A stretch of DNA of 64,000 nucleotides from Fidelibacterota bacterium UBA2242 (lineage in GTDB: Bacteria > Fidelibacterota > UBA2242): assembly GCA_002347855.1 (NCBI GenBank), contig DDYE01000002.1, positions 166,045 to 230,044 of the forward strand, in the 5' to 3' direction. The notes beneath the pieces were generated by a model. It did not search any database and was not told the DNA's origin. It saw only the letters and a list, made by a program, of their open reading frames with translations. A program made the translations under genes and the position numbers. Below, piece by piece: positions 38,895 through 49,108 of the stretch. Within the stretch, counting starts at the first letter, position 1, and every line of letters begins with the position of its first letter.

Positions 38895-39698
38895 TTGACG
38901 ATGGGCAAGAAGGTTAGCGTATTACTACTGTTGGCGACTTTGCGGATTTACGCAGCTTTCGAGCTGCAATGCTTCAATCCGCTCTGGATTGCGCGCGCCA
39001 ATATCCAGGCACAATATCCGGGTGGGATAAATCCGGCAGCTCTCCGCACGAGCCGTGGCTGGGCATTCTCGCTGAATTACGCCAATCTATATGGGATCAA
39101 GGAACTGACTGCCTGGCAGGGACAGGCGACCTGGCAATTTCATCCAAAACACCATTTGTCCGCCGATTATAGTTTGTTGGGCAATGCGATTTATCAGGAG
39201 CGGACAATTGGTTTAAGTTATGGCTGGCAGTTCAACCCCATGCTTGCCATCGGCAGCCGCCTGGCGCTTTATGATTTATACGTTGCCGATTATTCGTTTG
39301 CACCCACTCTGGGTATTGGTTTGGGAGCCCTGTTCAGGGTTGATAGTGCTCTGTCTATTGGGATGTTGCTGAATAATTGTAATCAGCCGCGGCTTCATCA
39401 TCAGGCTGATGAAATTCCCCAGACTTTTACTTGCGGGTTGCGTTGGCGAATCGTCAGACGACTGGAACTTGGGGCGGAGTTGTACAAGGATTTAAGTTTT
39501 CCTCTGACAGAGAAAGTCGGATTGGATTTTGGGCTTTTACCAGGATGGCATTTGTTAGCGGGCGTTCAATTAAATCCTGACCGCCTGACTCTGGGGACAA
39601 TAATCACTATTCGCCATTTTTCGTTCGCTGTGGCTTGGCAGCATCATCCCACTTTACCATACACAGTCTATCTCGGCTGTAGTTGGCAGTCATGGTAA
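38895..39698 (+). CDS. hypothetical outer-membrane beta-barrel candidate
   Basis: The ORF starts at TTG 38895, but the ATG at 38901 (MGKKVSVLLLLATLRIYA signal peptide) is more likely. Alternating hydrophobic/aromatic strands, C-terminal ...CSWQSW. No MotB/OmpA features. Confidence 0.5.
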   Translation: MTMGKKVSVLLLLATLRIYAAFELQCFNPLWIARANIQAQYPGGINPAALRTSRGWAFSLNYANLYGIKELTAWQGQATWQFHPKHHLSADYSLLGNAIYQERTIGLSYGWQFNPMLAIGSRLALYDLYVADYSFAPTLGIGLGALFRVDSALSIGMLLNNCNQPRLHHQADEIPQTFTCGLRWRIVRRLELGAELYKDLSFPLTEKVGLDFGLLPGWHLLAGVQLNPDRLTLGTIITIRHFSFAVAWQHHPTLPYTVYLGCSWQSW

Positions 39699-41533
39699 AA
39701 TGTCTCCGCTCAGGATGGTTACTATTATGGCTGCCATGGCTATTGACTGCGCAAAGCACCAACTCGGAAATCATTGGCGATAGTTATTTTGACAACGAAG
39801 CCTATTCAGCAGAGGAAATAGATGCGCTTGTCCAGAATTATGCCGTTAATCCTATAATCTGGAGTGCCTGTGAAACCACGGACTTACGGGCTTTGCCATT
39901 GCGGGTTGATTTGAAGGCGGCACTGATAGAACTGCACAATAATCATCCTGCTGTTGCCAGTTGGCAGGAATTAGGACGCTTGGGTAATTTTTCGCCAGAT
40001 GAACTGGCTGTACTGGCACTTTTTATCACTTTCGAAAAAAGAGACCAGAAGCGCGGCAATTTTACCCAGTATATAGTAATCAAGCCATCCTCTTCAGCAT
40101 TCGATATAGGCAAGATTTTGGGGCGCTGGCGCCAAAATCTATCACCGAACTTTTTCTGGGGATGGATAATGGAACGAGACGCTGGAGAACCAAATTTATT
40201 GGATTGTTTTAATTTCAGCGGAGTATATAAACTGCCTCGCAGAGCAACGACCCTTATTTTTGGAGCTTATCGTGTGCAATGGGGCAGCGGCTTACTTTAT
40301 ACCACCAATCTTATGGCGGGCAGGACAAACGACGCCATCGGCAATCTGACCTCGCCGCGAGCGCGCCTCAGCAATTATCTGGGAAGCGACGAAAATCGCT
40401 ACTTTTTCGGGGGAGCCGTCGAACATTCTCATAAACAATGGCAATGGCGCTCATTTGTATCGCAACACCGCTTCGATGCTACTATCCAGGATGACCTTGT
40501 CACCAATTTACGGACTGACGGCTTACATATCACCGCCGGTCAAATAGCCGCCAAAGACATTGTGCAAGAGCGGACTATCGGTATGGGAGGAGAATTGACC
40601 CTAAAATATTTTGCCTGCGGCTTGCTTGGAAACAGCATTTCTTATTCTCGCCCTTTCAAGGTATTAGATGCTAATCGCCAGATTGCCAGTGTCTCCTTTT
40701 ATCATCGCTTTCAGTTCAAAGGCTTGACTCTCAGTGGTGAAGCCGTCTGGCAAAATAGAAACGGGAATGCCTTCATCGAAAATTTGATTTATGGTGAAAA
40801 AGGCATCAATCTTGCGCTCAGCGTGCGTCACTATTCGACTAACTATTATGCACCGTTAGCAGCACCCCTTTATAAACTGGGCAGTATGCCACGTAATGAA
40901 CAGGGCATTTACACGGGATTGAGAGTCAAGCTGTCGCGCCGGCTCTGGTGGTCAGCCTTCGTTGACTTCTACCGGCAAATAACGGCGGAAGAAGTAGCAG
41001 TTGCGCCGCGTATGGGCTGTGACTTACTCAACGATTTTAATTATCGTGTGCGTTCCGGGACCCAGGTGCAACTGACCTATAAACTTTATACCGATTATAA
41101 TTCTGTCTCTTATTTGTCTCCCGAGCGAAAGTCAATAATGTATCTGCGCTATCATCAGGCTCTGAATAATTCTATGAGTGTGCATTTTCAATGGCAAACA
41201 GTTTTGGTCAGTTCTAATTCCGACCAACGGGCGGCTGCCTTTTGCTGCTATTATAAGTGGCGCGGCTCGCAAGTGGTCTGGCTTTTAGGCACGACCCAGT
41301 ACTATACTCCGATGGGGCTGATGCTTTACATAACTGAACCGGGCGTACCCTTGCAGTATAATTTGTCGTCTTTGAAAGGTAGTGGCTGCCACTACTTTGG
41401 TCTGCTTAATATAAAAATTCAGGGGCGCCTTAATTTTAGTGCGTCAGGTCAATTAGCGCTGGCTCGCCAACGCTCATCTTCCGCCTTTTCCTTCTCGGGA
41501 GAACTCAATCTCCAACTCATCTTTGATTTATGA
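39683..41533 (+). CDS. hypothetical exported protein, probable large beta-barrel
   Basis: Signal peptide LLLWLPWLLTAQS. Helical ~100-aa N-terminal region, then a long Gly/aromatic-rich region ending LNLQLIFDL. It overlaps the upstream gene by 16 nt and the downstream gene by 11 nt. Confidence 0.5.
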   Translation: MAVMVKCLRSGWLLLWLPWLLTAQSTNSEIIGDSYFDNEAYSAEEIDALVQNYAVNPIIWSACETTDLRALPLRVDLKAALIELHNNHPAVASWQELGRLGNFSPDELAVLALFITFEKRDQKRGNFTQYIVIKPSSSAFDIGKILGRWRQNLSPNFFWGWIMERDAGEPNLLDCFNFSGVYKLPRRATTLIFGAYRVQWGSGLLYTTNLMAGRTNDAIGNLTSPRARLSNYLGSDENRYFFGGAVEHSHKQWQWRSFVSQHRFDATIQDDLVTNLRTDGLHITAGQIAAKDIVQERTIGMGGELTLKYFACGLLGNSISYSRPFKVLDANRQIASVSFYHRFQFKGLTLSGEAVWQNRNGNAFIENLIYGEKGINLALSVRHYSTNYYAPLAAPLYKLGSMPRNEQGIYTGLRVKLSRRLWWSAFVDFYRQITAEEVAVAPRMGCDLLNDFNYRVRSGTQVQLTYKLYTDYNSVSYLSPERKSIMYLRYHQALNNSMSVHFQWQTVLVSSNSDQRAAAFCCYYKWRGSQVVWLLGTTQYYTPMGLMLYITEPGVPLQYNLSSLKGSGCHYFGLLNIKIQGRLNFSASGQLALARQRSSSAFSFSGELNLQLIFDL

Positions 41534-43130
41534 GGTGATTCTTCGTAACTTCACGGCGACTTTGAAGAAGTTAATTTTATATTTTAGTATTGTTTTTTAT
41601 ATCTGGGACGGTGGGGCAAGAGCCGGACAGCTTATAATTACTAATCCAGCTACCAAATCCAAACAGCCAATTAGAGTCGTCACCATCGGAAAGGTGGCTT
41701 ATTTTGCGCTGAATGATTTTGCTACAGCGCTTGGCATACGAACCTTTTATCGTCCAGAAACTGGCAAATTGGTGCTGTTTTTCCCAAAAGCAATGTTAAA
41801 GTTCACCGCCAATGCTTCCTTTTGCATGATTGACACCAGGGTTTTTCAACTCACTTCGGCGGTGATTATCGTTGATGAGAGCCTTTTTGCTCCCCTAAAT
41901 TCAACCTTAACTCTTGTTCGCGACCAATTGCTACCGGGTCTACAATACCGGATTGTCACCGGCGAAGTTATCTATCAATTATCTCAGCGGGAAGATTCAG
42001 AACTACCCGCCCCCTATGCACCGACCTCACCGAAACCCGAGGTCATTGCTACGGTGAGTGCCATTCAATATGAAGAGCGTCAGAACGGATTGACAATTAA
42101 AATCAGTGCCAACAAGACTTTCAGTAACCAAGATTTGTCCTATTTCTTCAAGGAGGATAACTGGTTTTATCTGACTATCTATGGGGCGACCTGTGATTCG
42201 GCTAAGCTCTCGCGAAGTAAACCTACCCCTTCAATCGAGTTGATTGAAGCAATTCCACTGGCTAAGTCGGTGCAACTCAGTCTCAAATTAAGTCGGAAAT
42301 TTGAGCGTGCCGATGTAACCTACGATGCACATAGTGGGAATATTCTGGTTTCTCTTTTCCTGCCCTTGAATTATTCAACTATGAAAAAGATTGAAGAGGT
42401 GAAAAATTCGTGGATTGTGGACACGATTGTGCTTGATCCGGGGCATGGTGGACAGGATCCCGGCACCCTCGGACGCTGGGGTTATCTCAATGAAAAGGAC
42501 ATTGTTTTAGATATTGCTTTACGAGTTGGCAAATTGCTTGAAAAACGTAAAGACCTGAAAGTCGTTTATACTCGGGATCAAGATGAGTTTATCCCCTTAT
42601 GGAAACGCACAAAAATCGCCAATGATGCCGCCGGCAAAATTTTTCTGAGTTTTCACATTAACGCCATGCCGGAGGCCAATCGTGGCACTGCCGAAGGTAT
42701 TGAGCTTTATTTACAAAATCCCTCGATGCGTTCTCAGGAAGCTATTGAAGTAGCTAAACTGGAAAACGCTGTCATCCAACTCGAAACCAGTGAAGATAAA
42801 GCCAAGTACAAAGATTACGACAATCCGTCCCATATCTTAGCGAATATGGTATTCCAAACATACCTGCATGATAGCGAGAAGTTCGCCGAAATTCTTTCGA
42901 AAAACATCAGTCAGCGTGTGCCCCAAAAAAACCGGGGCGTCAAGCAAGCCAATCTTTATGTTCTGGTCGGAGCCTCTATGCCCAATCTACTCTGCGAATT
43001 TGGTTATAATGATAATAGAAACGATGCTAAAAAATTGAACGATCCGGATCATAGACAAAAGATCGCGGAAGCAGTCTATCGAAGCATTCTCGAATTTAAG
43101 GAGTACTGTGACAGCACAATTCATCAATGA
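41523..43130 (+). CDS. N-acetylmuramoyl-L-alanine amidase (Amidase_3 family) with N-terminal targeting domains
   Basis: The catalytic domain starts VLDPGHGGQDPGT, followed by LSFHINA and NLYVLVGASMPNLLCEFGY. The N-terminal ~280 aa look like non-catalytic (AMIN-like) beta domains. Confidence 0.85.
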   Translation: MIYEVILRNFTATLKKLILYFSIVFYIWDGGARAGQLIITNPATKSKQPIRVVTIGKVAYFALNDFATALGIRTFYRPETGKLVLFFPKAMLKFTANASFCMIDTRVFQLTSAVIIVDESLFAPLNSTLTLVRDQLLPGLQYRIVTGEVIYQLSQREDSELPAPYAPTSPKPEVIATVSAIQYEERQNGLTIKISANKTFSNQDLSYFFKEDNWFYLTIYGATCDSAKLSRSKPTPSIELIEAIPLAKSVQLSLKLSRKFERADVTYDAHSGNILVSLFLPLNYSTMKKIEEVKNSWIVDTIVLDPGHGGQDPGTLGRWGYLNEKDIVLDIALRVGKLLEKRKDLKVVYTRDQDEFIPLWKRTKIANDAAGKIFLSFHINAMPEANRGTAEGIELYLQNPSMRSQEAIEVAKLENAVIQLETSEDKAKYKDYDNPSHILANMVFQTYLHDSEKFAEILSKNISQRVPQKNRGVKQANLYVLVGASMPNLLCEFGYNDNRNDAKKLNDPDHRQKIAEAVYRSILEFKEYCDSTIHQ

Positions 43131-43947
43131 AGAACGAGGAGCATCCCAGCCTATCGGTGTTTTTGATTCAGGGTTAGGAGGTTTAACGGTTTTCAGGCAG
43201 TTGCAGATTTTATTGCCTCACGAGACCCTGGTTTACTTCGGGGATACCGCCCGCGTTCCCTACGGTAGCAAGGGAAAGGCAACCGTGCAGAAGTTTGCCC
43301 GCCAGATTGCCAACTATCTCTATGAAAAAGGGGTGAAAGCCATTGTAGTTGCCTGTAACACGGCTTCCAGCATGGCATTAGAACAATTACAGGAATTGTT
43401 TCCCATTCCAGTAATTGGGGTGCTTGTGCCGGCGGCTAGGGTGGCATTACAGATTAGCCAGACAAACCGAATAGGTGTAATCGGTACAACCGCGACGATT
43501 GCTTCGGGGAAGTTTCAGGAAACTTTACAAGCGCAGAAACCTGCCGTAGCAGTTTTTGCTCAGGCCTGCCCCTTGTTTGTACCTTTAATCGAAGAGGGCT
43601 GGCTGGATACACCGGTTACCGAAGAAATAGCACGCATTTATTTAAGTCCGCTCATTGCCAAGCAAATTGATACCCTGATTCTTGGTTGTACCCACTATCC
43701 TCTCATTAAACCGGTAATCAAAAGAGTTGTGGGTAGTGGCATTCAGATTGTTGATACTGCGCTGGAAACGGCGCGCGAAGTAAAGACTATTCTCAGCACC
43801 CAAAGTCTCTTAAATCCCCAGAAAGATACGCCCAGCCACCAATTTATAGTTAGCGATTTTCCCCAGAAGTTTGAGGAAATTGCCATGCGATTTCTGGGTA
43901 CGCCATTATCTAATGTTGAGCGTGTAGCTCTGGATGAGTGTCCCTGA
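43108..43947 (+). CDS. murI: glutamate racemase
   Basis: Motifs IGVFDSGLGGLTV, VVACNTAS and LGCTHYP. Confidence 0.94.
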   Translation: MTAQFINEERGASQPIGVFDSGLGGLTVFRQLQILLPHETLVYFGDTARVPYGSKGKATVQKFARQIANYLYEKGVKAIVVACNTASSMALEQLQELFPIPVIGVLVPAARVALQISQTNRIGVIGTTATIASGKFQETLQAQKPAVAVFAQACPLFVPLIEEGWLDTPVTEEIARIYLSPLIAKQIDTLILGCTHYPLIKPVIKRVVGSGIQIVDTALETAREVKTILSTQSLLNPQKDTPSHQFIVSDFPQKFEEIAMRFLGTPLSNVERVALDECP

Positions 43948-45245
43948 TAATGCCGCATTTTGTTTTGTCTGAAGAACAGTCCGAGCTAAAATACCTCTAT
44001 GCCTTAGATGGTCGAGGAATAAAACTCGATTTGTCAAGAATCCAGAAATTTATACATTATCTTGGAGATCCGCAGCGCCAATTAGTTAGTATTCATGTTG
44101 CCGGAACAAATGGTAAGGGTTCAACCTGCGCCATGTTAGCCGCAGCACTGCAGGGTGCAGGATTTCGGGTCGGGCTTTATACTTCACCCCATCTCTTGCG
44201 TTTCAATGAGCGCATACGTATCAATGGTATTGAGATAGATGATGAAATAATTCGACTTTTTCTGAAAAGACATCGTTACCAGATTGACCGATTAGGATTG
44301 ACCTTTTTTGAAGCCACTACGGCGCTGGCTTTGGACTATTTTGCCACGCAAAAAGTCGATTTTGCTATTCTCGAAACTGGAATGGGGGGACGCTTTGATG
44401 CTACCAATGTAGTCGAACCGTTGCTGTCAATAATCACTCCCATTGGTCGAGATCATGAAGAATTTCTGGGAAAGAAGGTGCTACAGATTGCCTACGAGAA
44501 AGCCGGTATTGCAAAAAGTGGCGTGCCTTGCATAATTGCCCGGCAATCAGCTGCGGTAAAAAAATTTCTACTTGCCGCTGTTACTGATAAATACGCTCCA
44601 CCAATTTACGCTCCGACGAATTGCCGAATCACCTTAGAAAAACTCACGCCTCAGCATCAGCTTATTAAATTTCGCCTAAATAATGGCAGTGAGGGTAAAA
44701 TAAAGTTGCCCTTAATCGGCTATCATCAGGTAACAAATGTACAAACGGCGCTCGTATCACTGGCTACGCTACAAGCACAGGGTCATATTCAATCTATTGC
44801 CTACCGCGGCTTGGAGCAAACCTACTGGCCAGGACGTCTGCAAATTCTGCAAAAGAACCCCCTGGTTTTTTACGATGCTGGACACAACGCTCACGGTTTG
44901 CAGGCAGTTGCCCGGACTTTGCTTCAATTATTCCCACCGCAATCGCTAACCGTTATTCTGGCATTGAGTCGCTCCAAGAAGTTTGCAAAATTGGGGGAAA
45001 TATTAGCACCCTTAGTCCATCGTGTTTTTGTAACTGAATTACGCGGTTATCCCTCTGTAGCAGCGGGAGACTTAGCGAATGCCCTTGCTCGAAAGATTGC
45101 ACCTGGTAAAATAATCTGCAATCCTCAACTCGAAAAATTGTTACCTCAAGTTAATGCGGAATTAAAGTCAGATGATGTTTTGCTGATAACCGGCAGCCAT
45201 TATTTAGCACCGACTATTTTACCCTTTTTTAAAATAACTATTTGA
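43938..45245 (+). CDS. folC: bifunctional folylpolyglutamate synthase / dihydrofolate synthase
   Basis: P-loop HVAGTNGKGST, YTSPHL, and Mur-ligase middle and C-terminal domains. Confidence 0.9.
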   Translation: MSLIMPHFVLSEEQSELKYLYALDGRGIKLDLSRIQKFIHYLGDPQRQLVSIHVAGTNGKGSTCAMLAAALQGAGFRVGLYTSPHLLRFNERIRINGIEIDDEIIRLFLKRHRYQIDRLGLTFFEATTALALDYFATQKVDFAILETGMGGRFDATNVVEPLLSIITPIGRDHEEFLGKKVLQIAYEKAGIAKSGVPCIIARQSAAVKKFLLAAVTDKYAPPIYAPTNCRITLEKLTPQHQLIKFRLNNGSEGKIKLPLIGYHQVTNVQTALVSLATLQAQGHIQSIAYRGLEQTYWPGRLQILQKNPLVFYDAGHNAHGLQAVARTLLQLFPPQSLTVILALSRSKKFAKLGEILAPLVHRVFVTELRGYPSVAAGDLANALARKIAPGKIICNPQLEKLLPQVNAELKSDDVLLITGSHYLAPTILPFFKITI

Positions 45246-45356
45246 TATTCGATAAAAACAGCTTAAATTAATTCAGTTAATTATGAAAACCGCTTCTATT
45301 TGACCTACCTTTGTGAAATAAATATCCCAAGAACTGCAAATTAAATAGGATATCCT

Positions 45357-46616
45357 ATGGAAAACGAATTGACAACTACCTCGCTGCAGGTGATGAAAAT
45401 CCGAGAGCTGACCGAAGTGGCTTTACGATTAGGCATTCCAGAGGCAGCGGGGTTGAAAAAATTAGACCTCATTCACAAAATTCTCGAAACTGCCTCGCAG
45501 AAAGAGGGCAAAATTTTCACGCGGGGCGTTTTACAAGTCATGGATGAGGGTTACGGCTTCTTGCGTTCAGAAGAGTTAAGCTATTTGCCTGGTCCCGATG
45601 ATATTTATATTTCACCCTCGCAAATCAAGCGTTTTGGCTTGAAAACCGGGCATATCATTTCAGGACAAATCCGCCCTCCCAAAGATAATGAACGCTTCTT
45701 TGCCCTGTTACGGGTTGATGCTGTCAATATGGAAGACCCAGAATTGGTCAAATCCAAACGCCCCTTCGACAGTCTGACGCCCCTATATCCGCAAAGTCGT
45801 ATTCAGTTAGAAACCGATCCTAACAATATCTCTATGCGCATTATGGATTTGCTCTGTCCGATTGGCAAAGGACAACGCGGACTGATTGTTGCCCAACCCA
45901 AGACCGGCAAGACAACCCTGCTCCAGCAAATTGCCAATAGCATTACCACTAATCACCCGGAAATTACTCTTATAGTGCTTTTGATAGATGAAAGACCCGA
46001 AGAAGTTACCGATATGGAGCGCTCCGTCAAAGCCGAAGTCGTCAGCTCGACTTTTGATGAACCGCCAGAGCGGCATGTCCAGGTAGCCGATATGGTTCTC
46101 GAAAAAGCCAAACGGATGGTTGAACTTGGTTATCATGTGGTGATTTTGCTGGATAGCATTACCCGCTTAGGTCGAGCGCATAACGCGGTTGTCCCACATA
46201 GTGGCAAGATTCTTTCTGGTGGTATTGACGCCAACGCTCTCCATCGCCCCAAAAGGTTTTTCGGATCAGCCCGCAATATCGAAGGTGGTGGAAGTTTGAC
46301 CATCATTGCCACGGCTCTAATTGATACCGGTTCGCGGATGGATGATGTTATTTTCGAAGAGTTCAAAGGTACCGGCAATATGGAACTCGTCTTAGATCGC
46401 CGCTTGAGCGATCGTCGTATTTTCCCATCCATTGATGTGAACCGTTCAGGCACGCGCAAAGAGGAGTTACTCCTTTCTTCTGCCGAGTTAGCCCGGGTCT
46501 GGATTCTACGCAAACTCTTGAATGAAATGTCACCAATCGAAGCCATGGAATTCTTGATTGACCGCATGCAACGCACGAAGAGCAATCGCGAATTCCTGAA
46601 ATCTATGAATCAATGA
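45357..46616 (+). CDS. rho: transcription termination factor Rho
   Basis: N-terminal helical domain, RNA-binding [14 protein letters not shown], Walker [11 protein letters not shown], and [13 protein letters not shown]. Confidence 0.97.
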   Translation: MENELTTTSLQVMKIRELTEVALRLGIPEAAGLKKLDLIHKILETASQKEGKIFTRGVLQVMDEGYGFLRSEELSYLPGPDDIYISPSQIKRFGLKTGHIISGQIRPPKDNERFFALLRVDAVNMEDPELVKSKRPFDSLTPLYPQSRIQLETDPNNISMRIMDLLCPIGKGQRGLIVAQPKTGKTTLLQQIANSITTNHPEITLIVLLIDERPEEVTDMERSVKAEVVSSTFDEPPERHVQVADMVLEKAKRMVELGYHVVILLDSITRLGRAHNAVVPHSGKILSGGIDANALHRPKRFFGSARNIEGGGSLTIIATALIDTGSRMDDVIFEEFKGTGNMELVLDRRLSDRRIFPSIDVNRSGTRKEELLLSSAELARVWILRKLLNEMSPIEAMEFLIDRMQRTKSNREFLKSMNQ

Positions 46617-46671
46617 ACAGCCTTCACATACAATTAGTTTTAATGAGGGATCTGAAAATACTACCAGGCGC

Positions 46672-47622
46672 TTGAGGGGCATGGCTACCAAGGTAATCGA
46701 AATCAAAGGCACCGATTTGGCTTTATTATTTGGCGTACGCGATGCCTTTTTAAATAAAATCGAGAGCAGTTTTTTGATCAAACTCTTTGCCCGTGGCAAT
46801 CAGTTGATGCTGGAAGGAGACGAAACGCGTATCCAGCAGGTCGAGCGCATCATTGGCGAAATGATTCTGACCATCAATCAAAAAGGGTTCGTGGACGAAG
46901 AGGATGTAACGACACTTATTAACCTGGAACTGAGCGGTCATAAACTACCCGAAGAAATTACCGCAGAATCGGTCATCCTCTTTAAGAAAAGCGGCGTAGT
47001 TAGACCACGCTCTGCCAATCAGGAGCGTTACTATCGCAGCACACTGCAGAATGATATTGTTTTTGGGATTGGTCCAGCTGGCACAGGCAAGACCTATTTA
47101 GCTGTGGCAATTGCCCTGGCGGCATTGCGCAATCACGATGTTCAACGTCTTATCCTCACTCGTCCGGCAGTCGAAGCCGGTGAAAGTCTGGGCTTTCTCC
47201 CTGGTGACTTGACCGAAAAAATCGAACCTTATCTGGCTCCTCTCTATGATGCCCTGTACGATTTTTTAACTCCGGATAAGTTAAAAGCCTACGAAGAACA
47301 GCATGCCGTTGAGATTTTGCCACTCGCCTATATGCGTGGTCGCACTCTCAATAACGCTTATGTGATTTTAGACGAAGCCCAGAATACTACGCCGATGCAA
47401 ATGAAAATGTTTCTTACTCGTCTTGGCGTTAATTCTAAAGCCATTATCACCGGCGATATAACCCAAATTGATTTACCCAGTCATCAGAAATCTGGTTTAA
47501 TAGATGCCCTCGAAATCCTTAAGGGTATTGATGGGATTGATTTTGTCTATTTTGATGCTACCGACGTAGTGCGGCATCGCCTGGTTAAGGCTATCATCAA
47601 AGCCTACAACGGCAATCACTAA
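46672..47622 (+). CDS. phoH: PhoH family ATPase
   Basis: GIGPAGTGKTYLAVAIA and DEAQNTT. Start is ambiguous between the TTG at 46672 and the ATG at 46681 (MATKVIEIKG). Confidence 0.92.
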   Translation: MRGMATKVIEIKGTDLALLFGVRDAFLNKIESSFLIKLFARGNQLMLEGDETRIQQVERIIGEMILTINQKGFVDEEDVTTLINLELSGHKLPEEITAESVILFKKSGVVRPRSANQERYYRSTLQNDIVFGIGPAGTGKTYLAVAIALAALRNHDVQRLILTRPAVEAGESLGFLPGDLTEKIEPYLAPLYDALYDFLTPDKLKAYEEQHAVEILPLAYMRGRTLNNAYVILDEAQNTTPMQMKMFLTRLGVNSKAIITGDITQIDLPSHQKSGLIDALEILKGIDGIDFVYFDATDVVRHRLVKAIIKAYNGNH

Positions 47623-47692
47623 CATCTCTTCCCCCAAAGGTTACTATAAAACTTGCCTAGGTGAGGTTAGATACGCTCTATAAGTCGTAGAA

Positions 47693-47971
47693 TTAACTGT
47701 TTTGCTCTTCTATAAGGCGCCGAATTTCGGGAAGAATATAGACATCTTTCAGGTCTAATTGTACCAATATTTTGACTAAGAATTCAACCTGTAAGTCCAG
47801 CGGCGTGAATTTATTGATTACGATTTTTCGCTCGCTTTGAACCAGACAGGTACCATCTTTGAAGTCACCCTGTCCGTAGATTATGTTGTAACCCAGGCGT
47901 GTGCAGAGATCTTCCAACTTATCCCTTATTTCCGTCAGCTGATTTTTACTTAGTTTACGTAGGGATTTCAT
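47693..47971 (-). CDS. hypothetical small protein
   Basis: 92-aa ORF downstream of the NDP-sugar transferase gene on the same strand. No family recognised, no TM segment, charged termini. Confidence 0.4.
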   Translation of the reverse strand: MKSLRKLSKNQLTEIRDKLEDLCTRLGYNIIYGQGDFKDGTCLVQSERKIVINKFTPLDLQVEFLVKILVQLDLKDVYILPEIRRLIEEQNS

Positions 47972-48036
47972 CGCCTAGCAGTGTTGTTCATTTTGCCTTG
48001 GTGACTGGATTGTCTAATTCCACAATGGAGACCAGT

Positions 48037-49104
48037 TTATAGATATTCACTCTTTTTTTCTCGTTCCAGCCAATCCACAATTTCTTTGACCTGTTCGGAA
48101 GAGCCGCGGCGGGTGATTAAAATAGCATCCTTGGATTGTACGACAATTAGGTCGCTGACACCCACTGCGGCGATGAGATTTTTCCGCGAATATAAATAAG
48201 AGTTTGTCGTATTCAGGGTAAATACATTGCCGATAGCGACATTGCCGTGGGCGTCTTTCGTCTGCAGTTCATAGACTGCATCCCAGGAGCCCACATCGCT
48301 CCAATCGAATTTACCGGCGACCACATAGACATTTTTGGCTTTTTCCATGATGCCGTAATCTACAGAGACAGAATGAATGGACGACCATTGGCGTTTGAGG
48401 ACTGCTTCATACTCGGGGTTACCGAATGATTCTCCAATGATTTTGAGGTTTTCATAGATTTCTGGCAGCAGGAGTTTATAAGCATTCATGATATTCGAGC
48501 CGCGCCAGATAAACATACCGCTATTCCAGAAAAATTCGCCTGACTCGAGAAAGCGTTGGGCGGTTTCGAGGTTTGGTTTTTCGGCGAAGGTTTTTACCTT
48601 ATAGACACCGCCTTCACCGACCTTGCTGTTTTTATCAAACTGAATATAGCCATAGCCTGTTGCTGGACGAGTTGGTTTTATGCCAAAGGTGACCAGAGCA
48701 TTATGATCGCTGGCGAAACGAAAGCCTTCATTGATAGCCTTTTTAAATTCGGCAAGGTCGCGAATGAGATGGTCAGAAGGGAAAATGCCAATAACAGCTT
48801 GCGGGTCCTTTGCCATTATGAGAGTAGTTGCCAGCCCGATAGCCGGTGCCGTGTTCTTTCCGCTCGGTTCTACGATGATATTCTTTTCCGAAAAATCCTT
48901 CAGGTTTTTCAGGATACAATCCTTCAAAGATTGACCGGTAATGATATAGATTTTCTTTTCGTCGGTCAATTGCTTTAAGCGTTCGTAAGTCATCTGGAGC
49001 ATAGAAGCGCCGTCAACAATATCCAAAAGCTGTTTGGGGCGCTCTCTGCGACTTCTTGGCCAAAAACGTTTGCCAATGCCACCGGCAATAATTACAGCAT
49101 ACAT
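48037..49104 (-). CDS. mannose-1-phosphate guanylyltransferase (short form, NTP_transferase family)
   Basis: MYAVIIAGGIGKRFWPRSRRERPKQLL N-terminus. I start it at the ATG at 49104, with AAGGAG 7 nt upstream inside the dapF end. The longer ORF to 49215 overlaps dapF by 107 nt. Confidence 0.85.
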   Translation of the reverse strand: MYAVIIAGGIGKRFWPRSRRERPKQLLDIVDGASMLQMTYERLKQLTDEKKIYIITGQSLKDCILKNLKDFSEKNIIVEPSGKNTAPAIGLATTLIMAKDPQAVIGIFPSDHLIRDLAEFKKAINEGFRFASDHNALVTFGIKPTRPATGYGYIQFDKNSKVGEGGVYKVKTFAEKPNLETAQRFLESGEFFWNSGMFIWRGSNIMNAYKLLLPEIYENLKIIGESFGNPEYEAVLKRQWSSIHSVSVDYGIMEKAKNVYVVAGKFDWSDVGSWDAVYELQTKDAHGNVAIGNVFTLNTTNSYLYSRKNLIAAVGVSDLIVVQSKDAILITRRGSSEQVKEIVDWLEREKKSEYL

Positions 49105-49108
49105 TACC

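Noticed and set aside
45807-46585. 109-aa and 150-aa minus-strand ORFs antisense to rho
   Set aside because: They lie entirely inside the strongly supported rho CDS and have Arg/Ser-rich shadow-frame composition. The same reasoning applies to the other antisense or off-frame track ORFs inside valS, secD, lon, the TonB receptor, enolase (36295..36522, 37242..37520) and similar genes.
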